A DNA stretch of 64,000 bases from a virus (taxonomy: Duplodnaviria; Caudoviricetes). Positions 29,241 through 38,585 of this stretch are shown here, piece after piece (positions within the stretch are counted from its first letter, which is position 1; each line of letters opens with the position of its first letter). The notes below the pieces were generated by a model. The model ran no database searches. It saw nothing but the letters and a program-made list of their open reading frames with translations, and had not been told where the DNA came from. Where the stretch lies: the IMG/VR virus record IMGVR_UViG_3300037424_000794, positions 6,494 through 70,493 of that record. One strand, 5' to 3'. A program made the position numbers and the translations under genes.

Positions 29241-30536
29241 TCACGCCTCACTCATCTTATATGTAGGTGCGTTGTACTTTATTACTACGGTTCCAGGAGG
29301 CCCGTTTCTGTGCTTTAGGATTATATATTCCATGAGGTTTTTGGCTTTGGTTTCCTTGTAATAATATTCGTCTCTGTATAGACCTATAACGAAGTCTGCA
29401 TCATCTTCGATGCTACCCGCCTGTTTCATATCAGAAAGTATGGGTCTTTTATCGTCTCTGGCTTCAACGTTTCTATTCAACTGAGAAAGAAGAATGCTAC
29501 AAATTCCTAAATCGTTAGACATTCCCTTAAATAATTTAGTCAATCGTCCTATCTCTTGTGTTTGATTTTCATCTCTCTCAGTTGCCATCTGAATATAGTC
29601 AAGATAGACATTCTGAATCCCATACTGCTTGCGGTATTTATTTATTGTAGACTCTAAGTAAAATGGGTCTGAGCATCTGAAATTGTAATCAAGGTAAATG
29701 GGCATTGTCTTGATCTTAGCTATGGAAGCATAGACTTTATCTACCTGTTCTTGATTTAGAATTCCCAGACGTACATTGGTACTAGGAAGGTCTGCATCAA
29801 TAGAAATTAGACGTTCAAATAACTCCTGTGGTCTCATTTCTCTTGAGATTAGAAGTGTTGGTACTCCGTTTATTCCATCAGCCAAAACAGAGTTACACGC
29901 TATACTGGTCTTTCCGCTTCCGGGTCTACCTGCTACAATCACTAAATCTCCAGGAGACTTTCCTCCGGTAGCTTTGTCTATACTTGGAACTCCCCAAGAT
30001 GTCCCTCTAATTCCTGGATTAGACATTCTCTGCACAATTTCGTCAAATGCTTTCTTAGCTATCTCAGATAAATGGATTGTGTAGCTTCCTCCTCCTAATC
30101 CAGTAAGCTCATCTAGACTATGTTTGGTAAGTTTTATCGTGTCATTTATGTTATCTGCATTTAGGTTTTCTTTCTTAGCAGACGAAACAATAGATAGAAA
30201 TGCTCTACCTTTATAAGAAGCTACAACTATTTCTACAAATTTCTTGAAAGACTCTTCGGATACTTCTTCCCTATTGATAAGTCTTTCGATTTCTTTCTTC
30301 CCCCCAACCTTATCTAGCATGTTCTTAGACTCTAGGCTGGCTAATACTAGTTGTGGGTCTGGTAATAACTGCTGCTCCTTTAGATGCTCAAACTCTTCAA
30401 ACAGTATTTGGTAGGGAGTAGCAGACATCATGTAGTGTCTAAGTCCGTCTGTGGAATGAACTAGTGATGGATTTCTTAGTATTCCTGTTATTACCGATAA
30501 CTCGGAGTCCACAGAAAAAAGTTTATTATCTGCCAT
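29241..30536 (-). CDS. dnaB: Replicative DNA helicase (DnaB family)
   Basis: AGRPGSGKTS, YLDYIQM, LSQLNR, RPILSD, GSIEDDAD, KHRNGP. Confidence 0.95.
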   Translation of the reverse strand: MADNKLFSVDSELSVITGILRNPSLVHSTDGLRHYMMSATPYQILFEEFEHLKEQQLLPDPQLVLASLESKNMLDKVGGKKEIERLINREEVSEESFKKFVEIVVASYKGRAFLSIVSSAKKENLNADNINDTIKLTKHSLDELTGLGGGSYTIHLSEIAKKAFDEIVQRMSNPGIRGTSWGVPSIDKATGGKSPGDLVIVAGRPGSGKTSIACNSVLADGINGVPTLLISREMRPQELFERLISIDADLPSTNVRLGILNQEQVDKVYASIAKIKTMPIYLDYNFRCSDPFYLESTINKYRKQYGIQNVYLDYIQMATERDENQTQEIGRLTKLFKGMSNDLGICSILLSQLNRNVEARDDKRPILSDMKQAGSIEDDADFVIGLYRDEYYYKETKAKNLMEYIILKHRNGPPGTVVIKYNAPTYKMSEA

Positions 30537-30925
30537 TACTCAAGCCCTTCCGATGATGGTATCTTTAGTTTCTTTTTTTCTTTTTCCAACTGCTCAATTT
30601 CATCATCAATAGTTTCTATGTACTTATCCAAGTTCTGTCTTGCTTGTAATATAGAATCTTGGTGCGAACTCTCAAACCTTCTTTTACATATCTCATACAA
30701 ATATGCGTATGGATTTTCCAGTCTGTCCGGTTTACTTCCCTTCATATCTAGCACTGAGAAGAATATTGTAAACCTGCTAAATGTTTTTACCAGCCGGTTG
30801 AACATGATTATCTCAGATCGAGATACCTTAATATCGTAGAGACTACAATAGAGGGACGACAGAATAACTCCCGGATTGTCTGCCGTTTTGAGTTTTTCAT
30901 AATAGAATTCTGATGAGTTTTCCAC
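30536..30925 (-). CDS. Hypothetical protein upstream of the helicase
   Basis: Coupled ORF. Confidence 0.5.
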   Translation of the reverse strand: MENSSEFYYEKLKTADNPGVILSSLYCSLYDIKVSRSEIIMFNRLVKTFSRFTIFFSVLDMKGSKPDRLENPYAYLYEICKRRFESSHQDSILQARQNLDKYIETIDDEIEQLEKEKKKLKIPSSEGLE

Positions 30926-30926
30926 A

Positions 30927-31538
30927 CTATTTCTCCAATACTAAATAATAACAGTGGGTCTTTCTGGCATGTTTCTGTATCTTCATGTTAGGAGAGAACA
31001 GAACGTTGTCTCCTCTATATAGAATAAATGTGTCTTTTACTTTGTACCCCAACTCGAAAGCATATTTCATTATCTCAAAATGAGACCAGTATTCTTTTCC
31101 TCCGTCTATAGTATCTTGGCATTTGAATGCAACAATACCACTTGGCTTTAATATTCTGTAGAACTCTTTCAAAGACTCTCTATAGAATTCCCATAAAGAA
31201 GGAATAGAAGTAAAGGAAGAAAACCTGTTATGTATGATTCCTTTTGCTTCAGATTTTACCCTGACTACAAATGGGGGGTCAAACATCACACTATTTACAC
31301 TAGAGTCTTCAAGAGGCAAATCAGTTGCGCTCGCTTGCTGTACTTCATCAACTTGAGGATTAATGTCGAATTTGTACTTTGGTGTCTCCAGTCCTTTCCA
31401 GAATACTCCTTTGCTATATGTAGGGTCTACATCAAATGCATTTCCGTTATTGTGCAGATTTATTATAGCAGATATAATTTCTTGATCTGATGACATAACA
31501 GTACGATAATACTTAGACCAATCAATCTTTTCTGTCAT
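30927..31538 (-). CDS. Small amino-DNA methyltransferase (N6-A/N4-C)
   Basis: DPTYSKG SAM-like loop, FDPPF catalytic motif, RILKPSG. Confidence 0.75.
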   Translation of the reverse strand: MTEKIDWSKYYRTVMSSDQEIISAIINLHNNGNAFDVDPTYSKGVFWKGLETPKYKFDINPQVDEVQQASATDLPLEDSSVNSVMFDPPFVVRVKSEAKGIIHNRFSSFTSIPSLWEFYRESLKEFYRILKPSGIVAFKCQDTIDGGKEYWSHFEIMKYAFELGYKVKDTFILYRGDNVLFSPNMKIQKHARKTHCYYLVLEK

Positions 31539-31583
31539 TGTAGCCTTTCTATTGGGGAGGGACTAGTCCCTCCCCATTTACTA

Positions 31584-32288
31584 TTATCCACCAAACATCT
31601 GATCTATCGCACTCTTAATCTCATCTTCTACATTCTCTGTAGCTGTAGGAAAATCGGAGTCCAGTGCTTCTTTCTTTGCACGACGAACAGCAAATATATC
31701 CTTCAGAGAAGCTCCGTTGAAAGCATCAAGCATTTCATCAGGAGACAGCTTTACTGTAACATTGCTTAGATCGTATAGTGCCTGTTCTCCTATATTTGGT
31801 TCATCTTCTTTTCCAAAGAACTTATGAGAAGGAGTAATTGTCTTTTCTCTTTTTTCTCCCTTTACAATCAAAGTCCAGTCGTAATGACGAATATCAATAC
31901 GTTCGTCTTTTTCATTACGGATAGCCCTTGACATTGTTTTCAGGTCTTCGATAAGCATCGGGCCGCAGGATAAAACCTTTACAAGACCATCTGCTTTATC
32001 AATAACATTCAGATAGAATCTTGGTCGTCTTGGGCACCAGCCCTGTACATCCTTGTAATCCTCCGGATGTTCGTACAAAATCTTCTTATTGTTCTGACAG
32101 ATTGGGCACTCGTCCCCCAAGCATTCTATATAACTGTAGCCAACATAATGAGTCTCTTTACGAGTCTCCATAGGGTCTAAGATACGAATTGTATACTCTC
32201 CCTGCTTCAAAGCAAGATACTGTGTTTTCTTGTAGCCTTTCTTTGTCTGGACATCATCGTCAATTGTTGCACCAAAATTATCGGACAT
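31584..32288 (-). CDS. Single-stranded DNA-binding protein (gp32-like)
   Basis: TIRILD, CLGDECPICQ, FYLNVID; acidic C-terminus ending in FGG. Confidence 0.7.
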   Translation of the reverse strand: MSDNFGATIDDDVQTKKGYKKTQYLALKQGEYTIRILDPMETRKETHYVGYSYIECLGDECPICQNNKKILYEHPEDYKDVQGWCPRRPRFYLNVIDKADGLVKVLSCGPMLIEDLKTMSRAIRNEKDERIDIRHYDWTLIVKGEKREKTITPSHKFFGKEDEPNIGEQALYDLSNVTVKLSPDEMLDAFNGASLKDIFAVRRAKKEALDSDFPTATENVEDEIKSAIDQMFGG

Positions 32289-32625
32289 CTTCGGTCTCCT
32301 TTTTTGCTCTTTCTAAATATTCCTTCGCTGTATATTTATTGGCAGATTTTTGAATCTCTTCGTAAAGTTCTGCCATAGTTTGCTCGCGCTGCTGCTCTAG
32401 GTATTCCAATACATTCTCTATTTTGTCTTTTACTATCCTATCGATCATGTTGTAGTATTTTCTGTAGGCAATCTCGCAAGAGATGCTCTGCTGCATAAAT
32501 AACAAGCCCACTACTTTCTCATTCTTAGCAAGGTCTTCTGGAACATCCTTAAGAACAGTACTAAATTTGACGTTCTTGAAATCACCAAGGGGATAAAGCC
32601 TCTCTACACCAATATCTCTTTTCAT
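32278..32625 (-). CDS. Hypothetical protein
   Basis: Coupled ORF. Confidence 0.5.
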   Translation of the reverse strand: MKRDIGVERLYPLGDFKNVKFSTVLKDVPEDLAKNEKVVGLLFMQQSISCEIAYRKYYNMIDRIVKDKIENVLEYLEQQREQTMAELYEEIQKSANKYTAKEYLERAKKETEDVR

Positions 32626-33650
32626 TCTTCTCCTTCCATTCCGTCTTCAATATCATTCAACAAATCAGCTATTGTTGTCTCCCTATGTAGCATATTATAA
32701 CACTCTTCAGTGATTTTTGCAAGGGTACTCTTATCATTCTCTAATGTTTCTCTAGCCGCCGCCTTTCCCTGACCAAGGTTCTGATCCTCAAAGTAATAAT
32801 AAGCTCCCCTTTGTGTAACTATGCCCAACAGCTTTGTAAAGTCCAGCAGGTCTGATAAGTAATCAATCCCCTGACCGAAGATAATGGGGATAGTAAAGCT
32901 CCTAAATGGTGGGGCTAGTTTATTCTTCTTCACTACGAACTTGGTCACAATTCCCACTTTCTCCTTGCCCCTAGTCAAGTCCTCTCCTTTGGTTAGAGAT
33001 ATTCTAACGGCTGCATGGTGCTTAAGTGAATGACCTCCAGGCGTAGAATAACTCTTTACATAAGAGCCTACGTTGTCTCTAATCTGGTTTAGTAATAGCA
33101 CTGCTACATTTCCGGTTCTAATGGAGTAGGAATTTCTTCTACAGAATTTAGATACCAGTCTAGGAATTTGCATCATGGTATCTTCGTCAAATTGCTTTTC
33201 TTTCTCTTTCCTTGAAGCCATAGCTCCTATAGAGTCTATTATAACCAAATCAAATTCACCAGAATCTATTCCCCACTCTGCCATCTTGAAAGCATCCTCT
33301 GCTGAGTCCGGTGTTAGTAGTAGGATATTATCAATTAATACGTCTTTTCCCAATACAGATGAAATCGTTTTGGTGTTCAGGAGATTTTCAACATCTAAAT
33401 ATAGGGCTTTTCCTCCAGCATTAGCTACTTGTTTAGCAGTATTCAAAGCTACTGTTGTCTTTCCGCTGCCCTCTGGGCCAGAGATTTCTGTAATCATTCC
33501 TCTAGGTATACCACCAACCCCTATAGAAGTATCCAAAGAAAGACATCCCGTTGAGATAGCTTGTATTTCTTTATTATGGTTATCTAAGACCTTATCGCCA
33601 AACTCTTCCAAAACCTTATCGATGAAAGTTTCATTTTTTGCTCTCGCCAT
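32622..33650 (-). CDS. recA: RecA/UvsX-family recombinase
   Basis: ISTGCLSLD, GPEGSGKTT, IIDSIGA, LNQIR, TPGG..LK, KNKLAPPF. Confidence 0.93.
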   Translation of the reverse strand: MARAKNETFIDKVLEEFGDKVLDNHNKEIQAISTGCLSLDTSIGVGGIPRGMITEISGPEGSGKTTVALNTAKQVANAGGKALYLDVENLLNTKTISSVLGKDVLIDNILLLTPDSAEDAFKMAEWGIDSGEFDLVIIDSIGAMASRKEKEKQFDEDTMMQIPRLVSKFCRRNSYSIRTGNVAVLLLNQIRDNVGSYVKSYSTPGGHSLKHHAAVRISLTKGEDLTRGKEKVGIVTKFVVKKNKLAPPFRSFTIPIIFGQGIDYLSDLLDFTKLLGIVTQRGAYYYFEDQNLGQGKAAARETLENDKSTLAKITEECYNMLHRETTIADLLNDIEDGMEGEE

Positions 33651-35542
33651 TATTTACTCCATCTTTCTTTAACTATGTCGTATCCTTCCACTACAGCAGG
33701 AATTGTTCCTAGAAACGGCTGCTCTGCATTCACCATTTCCATCTTTATAAACTCTCCTGCTTCTTTAGCCACTGATTCGTGTATTTCAAATAGTAATTCA
33801 TCGTGGATTTGCAGTAGGATTCTAAACTTATCACCAAATGGATTATTACGAAATAGATTTACCATAGAAATTTTGATAATATCTGCGCCTCCTCCTTGAA
33901 TAATATGATTGAAACCTTCCCTCTTTACTCTAGCTTCCCAAAATAAATAGTCATTTGAATTTCCCAACAGGGGTTTGACTAAATTATATCTTCTTCTACC
34001 GAGAGGAGTTACGGAATATCCCAACTCCATAATCTTCTTCTCTGCCATTTCTTTGAATTTATATAGTCTTGGGTAGCCTTTCCAATACATCTTAAGTTTT
34101 TCTAAAGCTTCTGCAATTGAGCATTTCAAACTCTTGCTCAATCCATATTCCGTAGTTCCGTAGATAATCTCGAAGTTTCTAGTCTTACCCCATTTTCGTT
34201 CTTCCTTGGTAACATCCTTCAAATCCTTATTATTAAAGTTCGCTGCTGTAGCTGTGTGCATATCATATCCCTTTAGATATGCTTCTATAATTATAGGGTC
34301 TCCACTTACTGCACCAGCTAATCTATATTCTTGTTGGCTGTAGTCGCAAGAAATAAATACATATCCCGGTCTTGGAATAAAGCACTCTCTGTATCCCCCG
34401 TCTGTAGGAACGTTCTGTAGGTTTGGTCTGCTTGATGAGAATCTGCCAGTTTGTGTTCCTACTGTAGAATACTCGGTGTGGACTCTTCCTGTAAATGGAT
34501 GAATGTCTTTCAGAAAACTTTCTCCGTACTGCGAGATTTGCTTTTCCACTCCAGAAATCTCTAATAATTTGCTAACTATAGGAAACTTCGCTGCATGTTT
34601 CTGAATTATTTTCTCGTTACTACTAGTAACCCTTACTCCATACATATTTAGTATAGCAACCTTTTGCTGCCAAGAGCCTAGATTTATGTGCTCACAAATC
34701 CATCTCTTCATAAGAGGCAGGTCTGTTATGCTTTCCAGAGCGAGCCTATCTCTCTTTGTTTTTGTACCTTCTGAAATCTTTAGCCTGCTCACAAGTTCCA
34801 GACCATTATTTACCTTGAATTTATTTATAGCATAGTCTGCTATCTCTGGAATCAGTTTGTCATTCAGCTCCTCAAGATGCTGTCTAGCGACTCTATCTAA
34901 TTTTATCCATTCATCTCTATTCAAAGTAATTCCGTCATATTCCATCTTGGCAACAATAGGAATGAGGTTTGACTCTAGCTCTATTACTTTATTCTGATTT
35001 GTTTCTTCAAACTGCTTAATTTGCGCTAGATAAATGTGTTCTAGAACTTTCACATCCAATGCAGAGTAGTTAAGTTGTTTCTCTGTGAACGGTTGGTCTT
35101 TTGGGTAGTTTATGAATTCTTTTCTTACTTCCTTATCCATGAATGTATCTGAATACTTTTCAGCTAGCTCCTCAAGACTAAAGTACTGCTTACCGCTTCC
35201 AGAAAGAAGTACCGCTTCCGCTGTCATTGTATCATATACATTTTCTAGTAAGAACCCTGTTCTATGGTAAATAAACTTTAGATCGAATTTTGTATTGTGG
35301 AATACAGCTCTGCTGTTGTTACCTATCCATCTAATCATTCCAGTAAGAAATGCATATCCCAACTCTCGTACATCAAGTATGTAGATGTCTTTTCCAATCA
35401 TCACCTGGAAAAGCAGAATCTCATCTACAAAATAATCCAATCCCGTTGTCTCTATATCTGCATAGATAACGGCAGGAAGCTTTGTTGTGTTCTCTAGAAA
35501 TGTATCTAATTTCTCCACCGTATCTATCAATATATAAGACAT
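33650..35542 (-). CDS. polA: Family A DNA polymerase with 3'-5' exonuclease
   Basis: ADIETTG, HNTKFD, YSALDV; motifs DYSQQEYR, KTRNFEIIYG (Phe at the 762-equivalent position), QIHDEL. Confidence 0.95.
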   Translation of the reverse strand: MSYILIDTVEKLDTFLENTTKLPAVIYADIETTGLDYFVDEILLFQVMIGKDIYILDVRELGYAFLTGMIRWIGNNSRAVFHNTKFDLKFIYHRTGFLLENVYDTMTAEAVLLSGSGKQYFSLEELAEKYSDTFMDKEVRKEFINYPKDQPFTEKQLNYSALDVKVLEHIYLAQIKQFEETNQNKVIELESNLIPIVAKMEYDGITLNRDEWIKLDRVARQHLEELNDKLIPEIADYAINKFKVNNGLELVSRLKISEGTKTKRDRLALESITDLPLMKRWICEHINLGSWQQKVAILNMYGVRVTSSNEKIIQKHAAKFPIVSKLLEISGVEKQISQYGESFLKDIHPFTGRVHTEYSTVGTQTGRFSSSRPNLQNVPTDGGYRECFIPRPGYVFISCDYSQQEYRLAGAVSGDPIIIEAYLKGYDMHTATAANFNNKDLKDVTKEERKWGKTRNFEIIYGTTEYGLSKSLKCSIAEALEKLKMYWKGYPRLYKFKEMAEKKIMELGYSVTPLGRRRYNLVKPLLGNSNDYLFWEARVKREGFNHIIQGGGADIIKISMVNLFRNNPFGDKFRILLQIHDELLFEIHESVAKEAGEFIKMEMVNAEQPFLGTIPAVVEGYDIVKERWSK

Positions 35543-35992
35543 TTATTTCCTTTCAGTTATATATTCCTGTCTAAGATTTTCTAGCAAGATACCCAAAGTA
35601 TTTTTTCCGTTCCCATTACAATCACTGCAATAACATACTCCCCAAAAATTATCGTGCCAATAATTGCCCTCTATTAGCTTTATATTTTCTGTCTCTATAA
35701 GCAACTTTTTTAGGTGCTCGTTCTGATCGAATTTTGCTTTAATGGTATCTAACATCATCTGTACTTTAACGTCTTCCCAATCTTCTCTTAGGGTTACTGA
35801 TCTACCAAGGCGTTTAGCTTTTCCCGGAGTTTCGCAATCCCTTATCGCCAGTTTTTCCGACATAATGTTTGTTTTCCTAGATTGGAACGTGTGCTCGGAC
35901 GAAGAAAATACTATTCGGTACTTTGTATCCTCTACACTGCATGGGAAGAAATTAGAAAGAAAAGCGTTCCAACCAGTAAATTCTTTTATCAT
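35543..35992 (-). CDS. NADAR family protein
   Basis: FLSNF, SSEHTFQ, KAKRLGR, AKFDQN, LIEGNYWHDNFWG, GKNTLG. Confidence 0.92.
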   Translation of the reverse strand: MIKEFTGWNAFLSNFFPCSVEDTKYRIVFSSSEHTFQSRKTNIMSEKLAIRDCETPGKAKRLGRSVTLREDWEDVKVQMMLDTIKAKFDQNEHLKKLLIETENIKLIEGNYWHDNFWGVCYCSDCNGNGKNTLGILLENLRQEYITERK

Positions 35993-35993
35993 T

Positions 35994-36521
35994 TTACTCC
36001 TTTCCTAAGTACCAGCACTGTGCGGGATATATTAAATGTTTATCATTTCCTGCACTTCCTACTATATCTACAAATGATCTATGCAATTTACAGTTGCCTA
36101 CATTAGAATCCATAAGAAACAAATTCTTATTGGTCATCTTATACAGTACCGTTAGGTGGCTATCAATCCCTCCCAGAGATAATATTATAACTCTTTTGTC
36201 TAGTTTCAAGAATAGTTTAGACTCTTCCCACCACTCCCCAAGTTCGTAAAGACCTCTCTTGTTAGTTGCACAGAAGGGTATCCTATCAGCTATTACCTTA
36301 TCCATTATATCGGTTACTTGTCGATGTGTAATTCCTTCTTCTATAATTACCTTCTTTAGTATCCGTCTCTTAGCCAAATGATGAATAATATCTTTAAACA
36401 GTTGGTGACTTTCTTCGGGAGTTGAATCATTTATTATTTTATCAGCATTGATAATACTATAAATCCCACAAAGGAAGTCCAAATCACCTTGTTTGAATGT
36501 CTTCAATTCAACCTCATTCAT
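35994..36521 (-). CDS. Putative papain-like (C39-type) cysteine peptidase
   Basis: Q-x5-CG..S..NA, then H (SHLTV) and D (MDSN). Likely start MNEV at 36521. Confidence 0.45.
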   Translation of the reverse strand: MNEVELKTFKQGDLDFLCGIYSIINADKIINDSTPEESHQLFKDIIHHLAKRRILKKVIIEEGITHRQVTDIMDKVIADRIPFCATNKRGLYELGEWWEESKLFLKLDKRVIILSLGGIDSHLTVLYKMTNKNLFLMDSNVGNCKLHRSFVDIVGSAGNDKHLIYPAQCWYLGKE

Positions 36522-36525
36522 AAGA

Positions 36526-36554
36526 ATTATATCACAAAAGCCCTTGATAATCAA
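36526..36554 (-). promoter_or_regulatory. sigma70-type promoter of the replication operon, overlapped by a palindrome
   Basis: TTGATT-17-TATAAT with TG extension; AGCCCTTGA-TAA-TCAAGGGCT (36539-36559) covers the -35. Confidence 0.7.
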
Positions 36555-36581
36555 GGGCTAAAGTTAAGTGTTGTATTAGAA

Positions 36582-36755
36582 TTATTTATTCGGTAGAGGC
36601 TTAAACACTGTTCTACCTGATATGGTTGTTACTACTGTACTTCTGAATGGGGCTTGCGCTTCTCCATTATGAGAAACGTTCGGCTGTTTTATGTTCCTGA
36701 ACGGGTTCCCCCCACTCAGCCCAGTAGTAATCACTTTTTGCATAGGAGTTGTCAT
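36582..36755 (-). CDS. Small hypothetical protein (57 aa)
   Basis: AAGGAG RBS, ATG at 36755, TAA at 36582; below the ORF-track cutoff. Confidence 0.5.
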   Translation of the reverse strand: MTTPMQKVITTGLSGGNPFRNIKQPNVSHNGEAQAPFRSTVVTTISGRTVFKPLPNK

Positions 36756-36869
36756 ATTATCTCCTTTAAAATAAAAAAGAAGCAGGCATGTGTTTAATTT
36801 TTTATTACCAATTTAGCCGCTGACTTTATACTATTGTCTGGTCGGACACTGCTTCCTAATATACCTTAT

Positions 36870-37013
36870 TTACTTTTTTTTTGGTGGTTCATCCAAGCTT
36901 TTCTTTGATAGAGGTGCTTGGGGTTTCTTTTCAGTTTCTACGGCTATCTTAGCTCTATCTCCCTTTGATTCTGGTGGGTTTGAAGAACTGATTGGTTTTG
37001 TCTTATCTGTCAT
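36870..37013 (-). CDS. Small charged hypothetical protein (47 aa)
   Basis: GAGGAG RBS; start overlaps the upstream stop. Confidence 0.45.
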   Translation of the reverse strand: MTDKTKPISSSNPPESKGDRAKIAVETEKKPQAPLSKKSLDEPPKKK

Positions 37014-37249
37014 TATTTCTCCTCGAAATAAGATTTGCACTGTGGGTACTTCTCCAGGAATTTATCTATGAACTGTGAAAACTCTTGTTCATTTTCTTCT
37101 GCGCTTTCCTCTTTTCCCTTATTTTTCCACTTGCTAAAGCAAACTGCTGCTCTCTGTTTTGTATCTGGAAACTCTTTGCCCATTCTAGGCTCAGACATGC
37201 ATCTACTTACGAACTCTTCTCTTGTTTACTTTGGATTTGGCGTAGGCAT
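37013..37249 (-). pseudogene. Small phage protein interrupted by an in-frame TAA at codon 8
   Basis: GGAG RBS + MPTPNPK*TREEFVSRCMSEP...KQRAAVCFSKW; TAA at 37226-37228. Confidence 0.6.
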
Positions 37250-37259
37250 TCTTACTCTC

Positions 37260-37448
37260 CTAGTAATTTATTTCATCGCCTTTTGTAAATGGATAATTAT
37301 CGTCTCTTAATTTTATCTCATTCTTTTTCTTCTTTTTACTTAGAGACTTCGTTAGATAATCCTGATTAATCTTATTATCCAAAAGTAAAAGTAAAATAAA
37401 CCCCACAAACGGACTACAAGTAATGATAAATGTACTCAAGGGGATCAT
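37260..37448 (-). CDS. Small membrane protein
   Basis: Hydrophobic N-terminus, basic tail, AAGGAG RBS. Confidence 0.5.
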   Translation of the reverse strand: MIPLSTFIITCSPFVGFILLLLLDNKINQDYLTKSLSKKKKKNEIKLRDDNYPFTKGDEINY

Positions 37449-37465
37449 GGTATTCTCCTTTATAG

Positions 37466-37539
37466 TATGGGATAAGAGATTTGAACTCCTGACCTCGCCC
37501 TTCCAGGGGGCTTGTTCTACCGGACTGAACTAATCCCAT
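37466..37539 (-). tRNA. tRNA-Pro(TGG)-like, atypical C33
   Basis: Cloverleaf ATGGGAT/ATCCCAT, loop CC-TGG-AA, TTCAAAT T-loop. Confidence 0.65.
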
Positions 37540-37623
37540 ATATTGTGTGTGGTTTTATACTGGTTTGCCACACCCCAGCAGAGAGATGCCTCTAAGATAC
37601 GCCCATCTCCAACTTTTCTCTAG

Positions 37624-37694
37624 AGCCGCTGACTAGAATCGAACTAGTAATCGAAGCTTACAAGGCAACTGGTATACCATTTACCTACAACGGC
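37624..37694 (-). tRNA. tRNA-Thr(TGT)
   Basis: GCCGTTG/CAGCGGC; CT-TGT-AA; TTCGATT. Anticodon stem has mismatches. Confidence 0.85.
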
Positions 37695-37779
37695 AAGCCA
37701 TAGGTTTTTATTCAGAAACCTTTTGGTAAAAACTGCACGACACTTTTATCTAGAATAGGAGAAAGCCGTGACTTCCCAG

Positions 37780-37852
37780 TGCGCCCCAGTGGTAACGATC
37801 CACTACCTTCTGCTCTTCAGGCAGACGTACAGACCATCTATACGAGAGACAC
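37780..37852 (-). tRNA. tRNA-Phe(GAA), atypical T-loop ATCGTTA
   Basis: TCTGC-CTGAAGA-GCAGA anticodon arm; full cloverleaf. Confidence 0.85.
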
Positions 37853-37932
37853 ATATCAGATTACATATGTGTGGATACGATCCACAAAACAGTGTAAGTG
37901 TTTTTACCTTGATTTGCTGTATGTAATCTTAG

Positions 37933-38004
37933 TAGCGGATACGGGAATCGCACCCGTTTTGAGAAGCTTATGAGGCTTCTAGGATAGCTTACCCTCCACC
38001 CGCA
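37933..38004 (-). tRNA. tRNA(CAT): Met, fMet or Ile2 not resolved
   Basis: GAAGC-CTCATAA-GCTTC; 1:72 mismatch; T-loop TGCGATT. Confidence 0.8.
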
Positions 38005-38010
38005 TCGTAA

Positions 38011-38223
38011 CTAATCATTATTTATTTTATCTTGCTTTCTTCTGTATACTTTTAATTTGGCAAAAACTCTGCCACTCAGGAGAAATACTGGTACTTCTAT
38101 CATCAGCTCTAGAGAGCCATTCATAAATAGATGTCGAAAGCTAATATAGCTATACTGCTCACACCAACGAAATCCCATGCATTGTAGAACCGTTTCCATA
38201 AAAACTATAAAGATTATACCCAT
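38011..38223 (-). CDS. Small hypothetical protein within the tRNA array
   Basis: ATG at 38223 after GGAG. Confidence 0.4.
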   Translation of the reverse strand: MGIIFIVFMETVLQCMGFRWCEQYSYISFRHLFMNGSLELMIEVPVFLLSGRVFAKLKVYRRKQDKINND

Positions 38224-38245
38224 AAGTTTCTCCAAATTATGTAGG

Positions 38246-38316
38246 CGGGCTATAGGGGAATCGAACCCCTGACGTTTGTTCGACAGACAAATGTTTTGCC
38301 TCTAAACTAATAACCC
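38246..38316 (-). tRNA. tRNA-Asp(GTC)
   Basis: TTTGT-CTGTCGA-ACAAA; G73. Confidence 0.92.
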
Positions 38317-38378
38317 TCGTTGCCTGATTTCCACAGTTTATCACGGAGCGCGACTCCCGTGTACGGCTTTAACGTCAG

Positions 38379-38452
38379 TCTTCCCAGTGGGACTCGAACC
38401 CAACATCCATAGATTGAGAGTCTATGATACTATTCCTTTATACTATGGGAAG
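38379..38452 (-). tRNA. tRNA-Glu(CTC)
   Basis: ATAGA-CTCTCAA-TCTAT. Confidence 0.88.
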
Positions 38453-38505
38453 AAATCTAGGAGGGTACTATGTACTTCGCATATCTGCTTTCGCAGCCTC
38501 CCAAG

Positions 38506-38576
38506 AGAGCCTACAGAGAATCGAACTCTGTATTACGGTTTTGCAGACCGCTTCCTGGCCGGTTGGATTTAGGCTC
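38506..38576 (-). tRNA. tRNA-Cys(GCA)
   Basis: GCGGT-CTGCAAA-ACCGT; U73. Confidence 0.9.
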
Positions 38577-38585
38577 ATGTACTAG

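Noticed and set aside
33650-35542. Intron or intein in PolA (also TerL, DnaB, RecA)
   Set aside because: Lengths and motif spacing are normal; no insertion seen.
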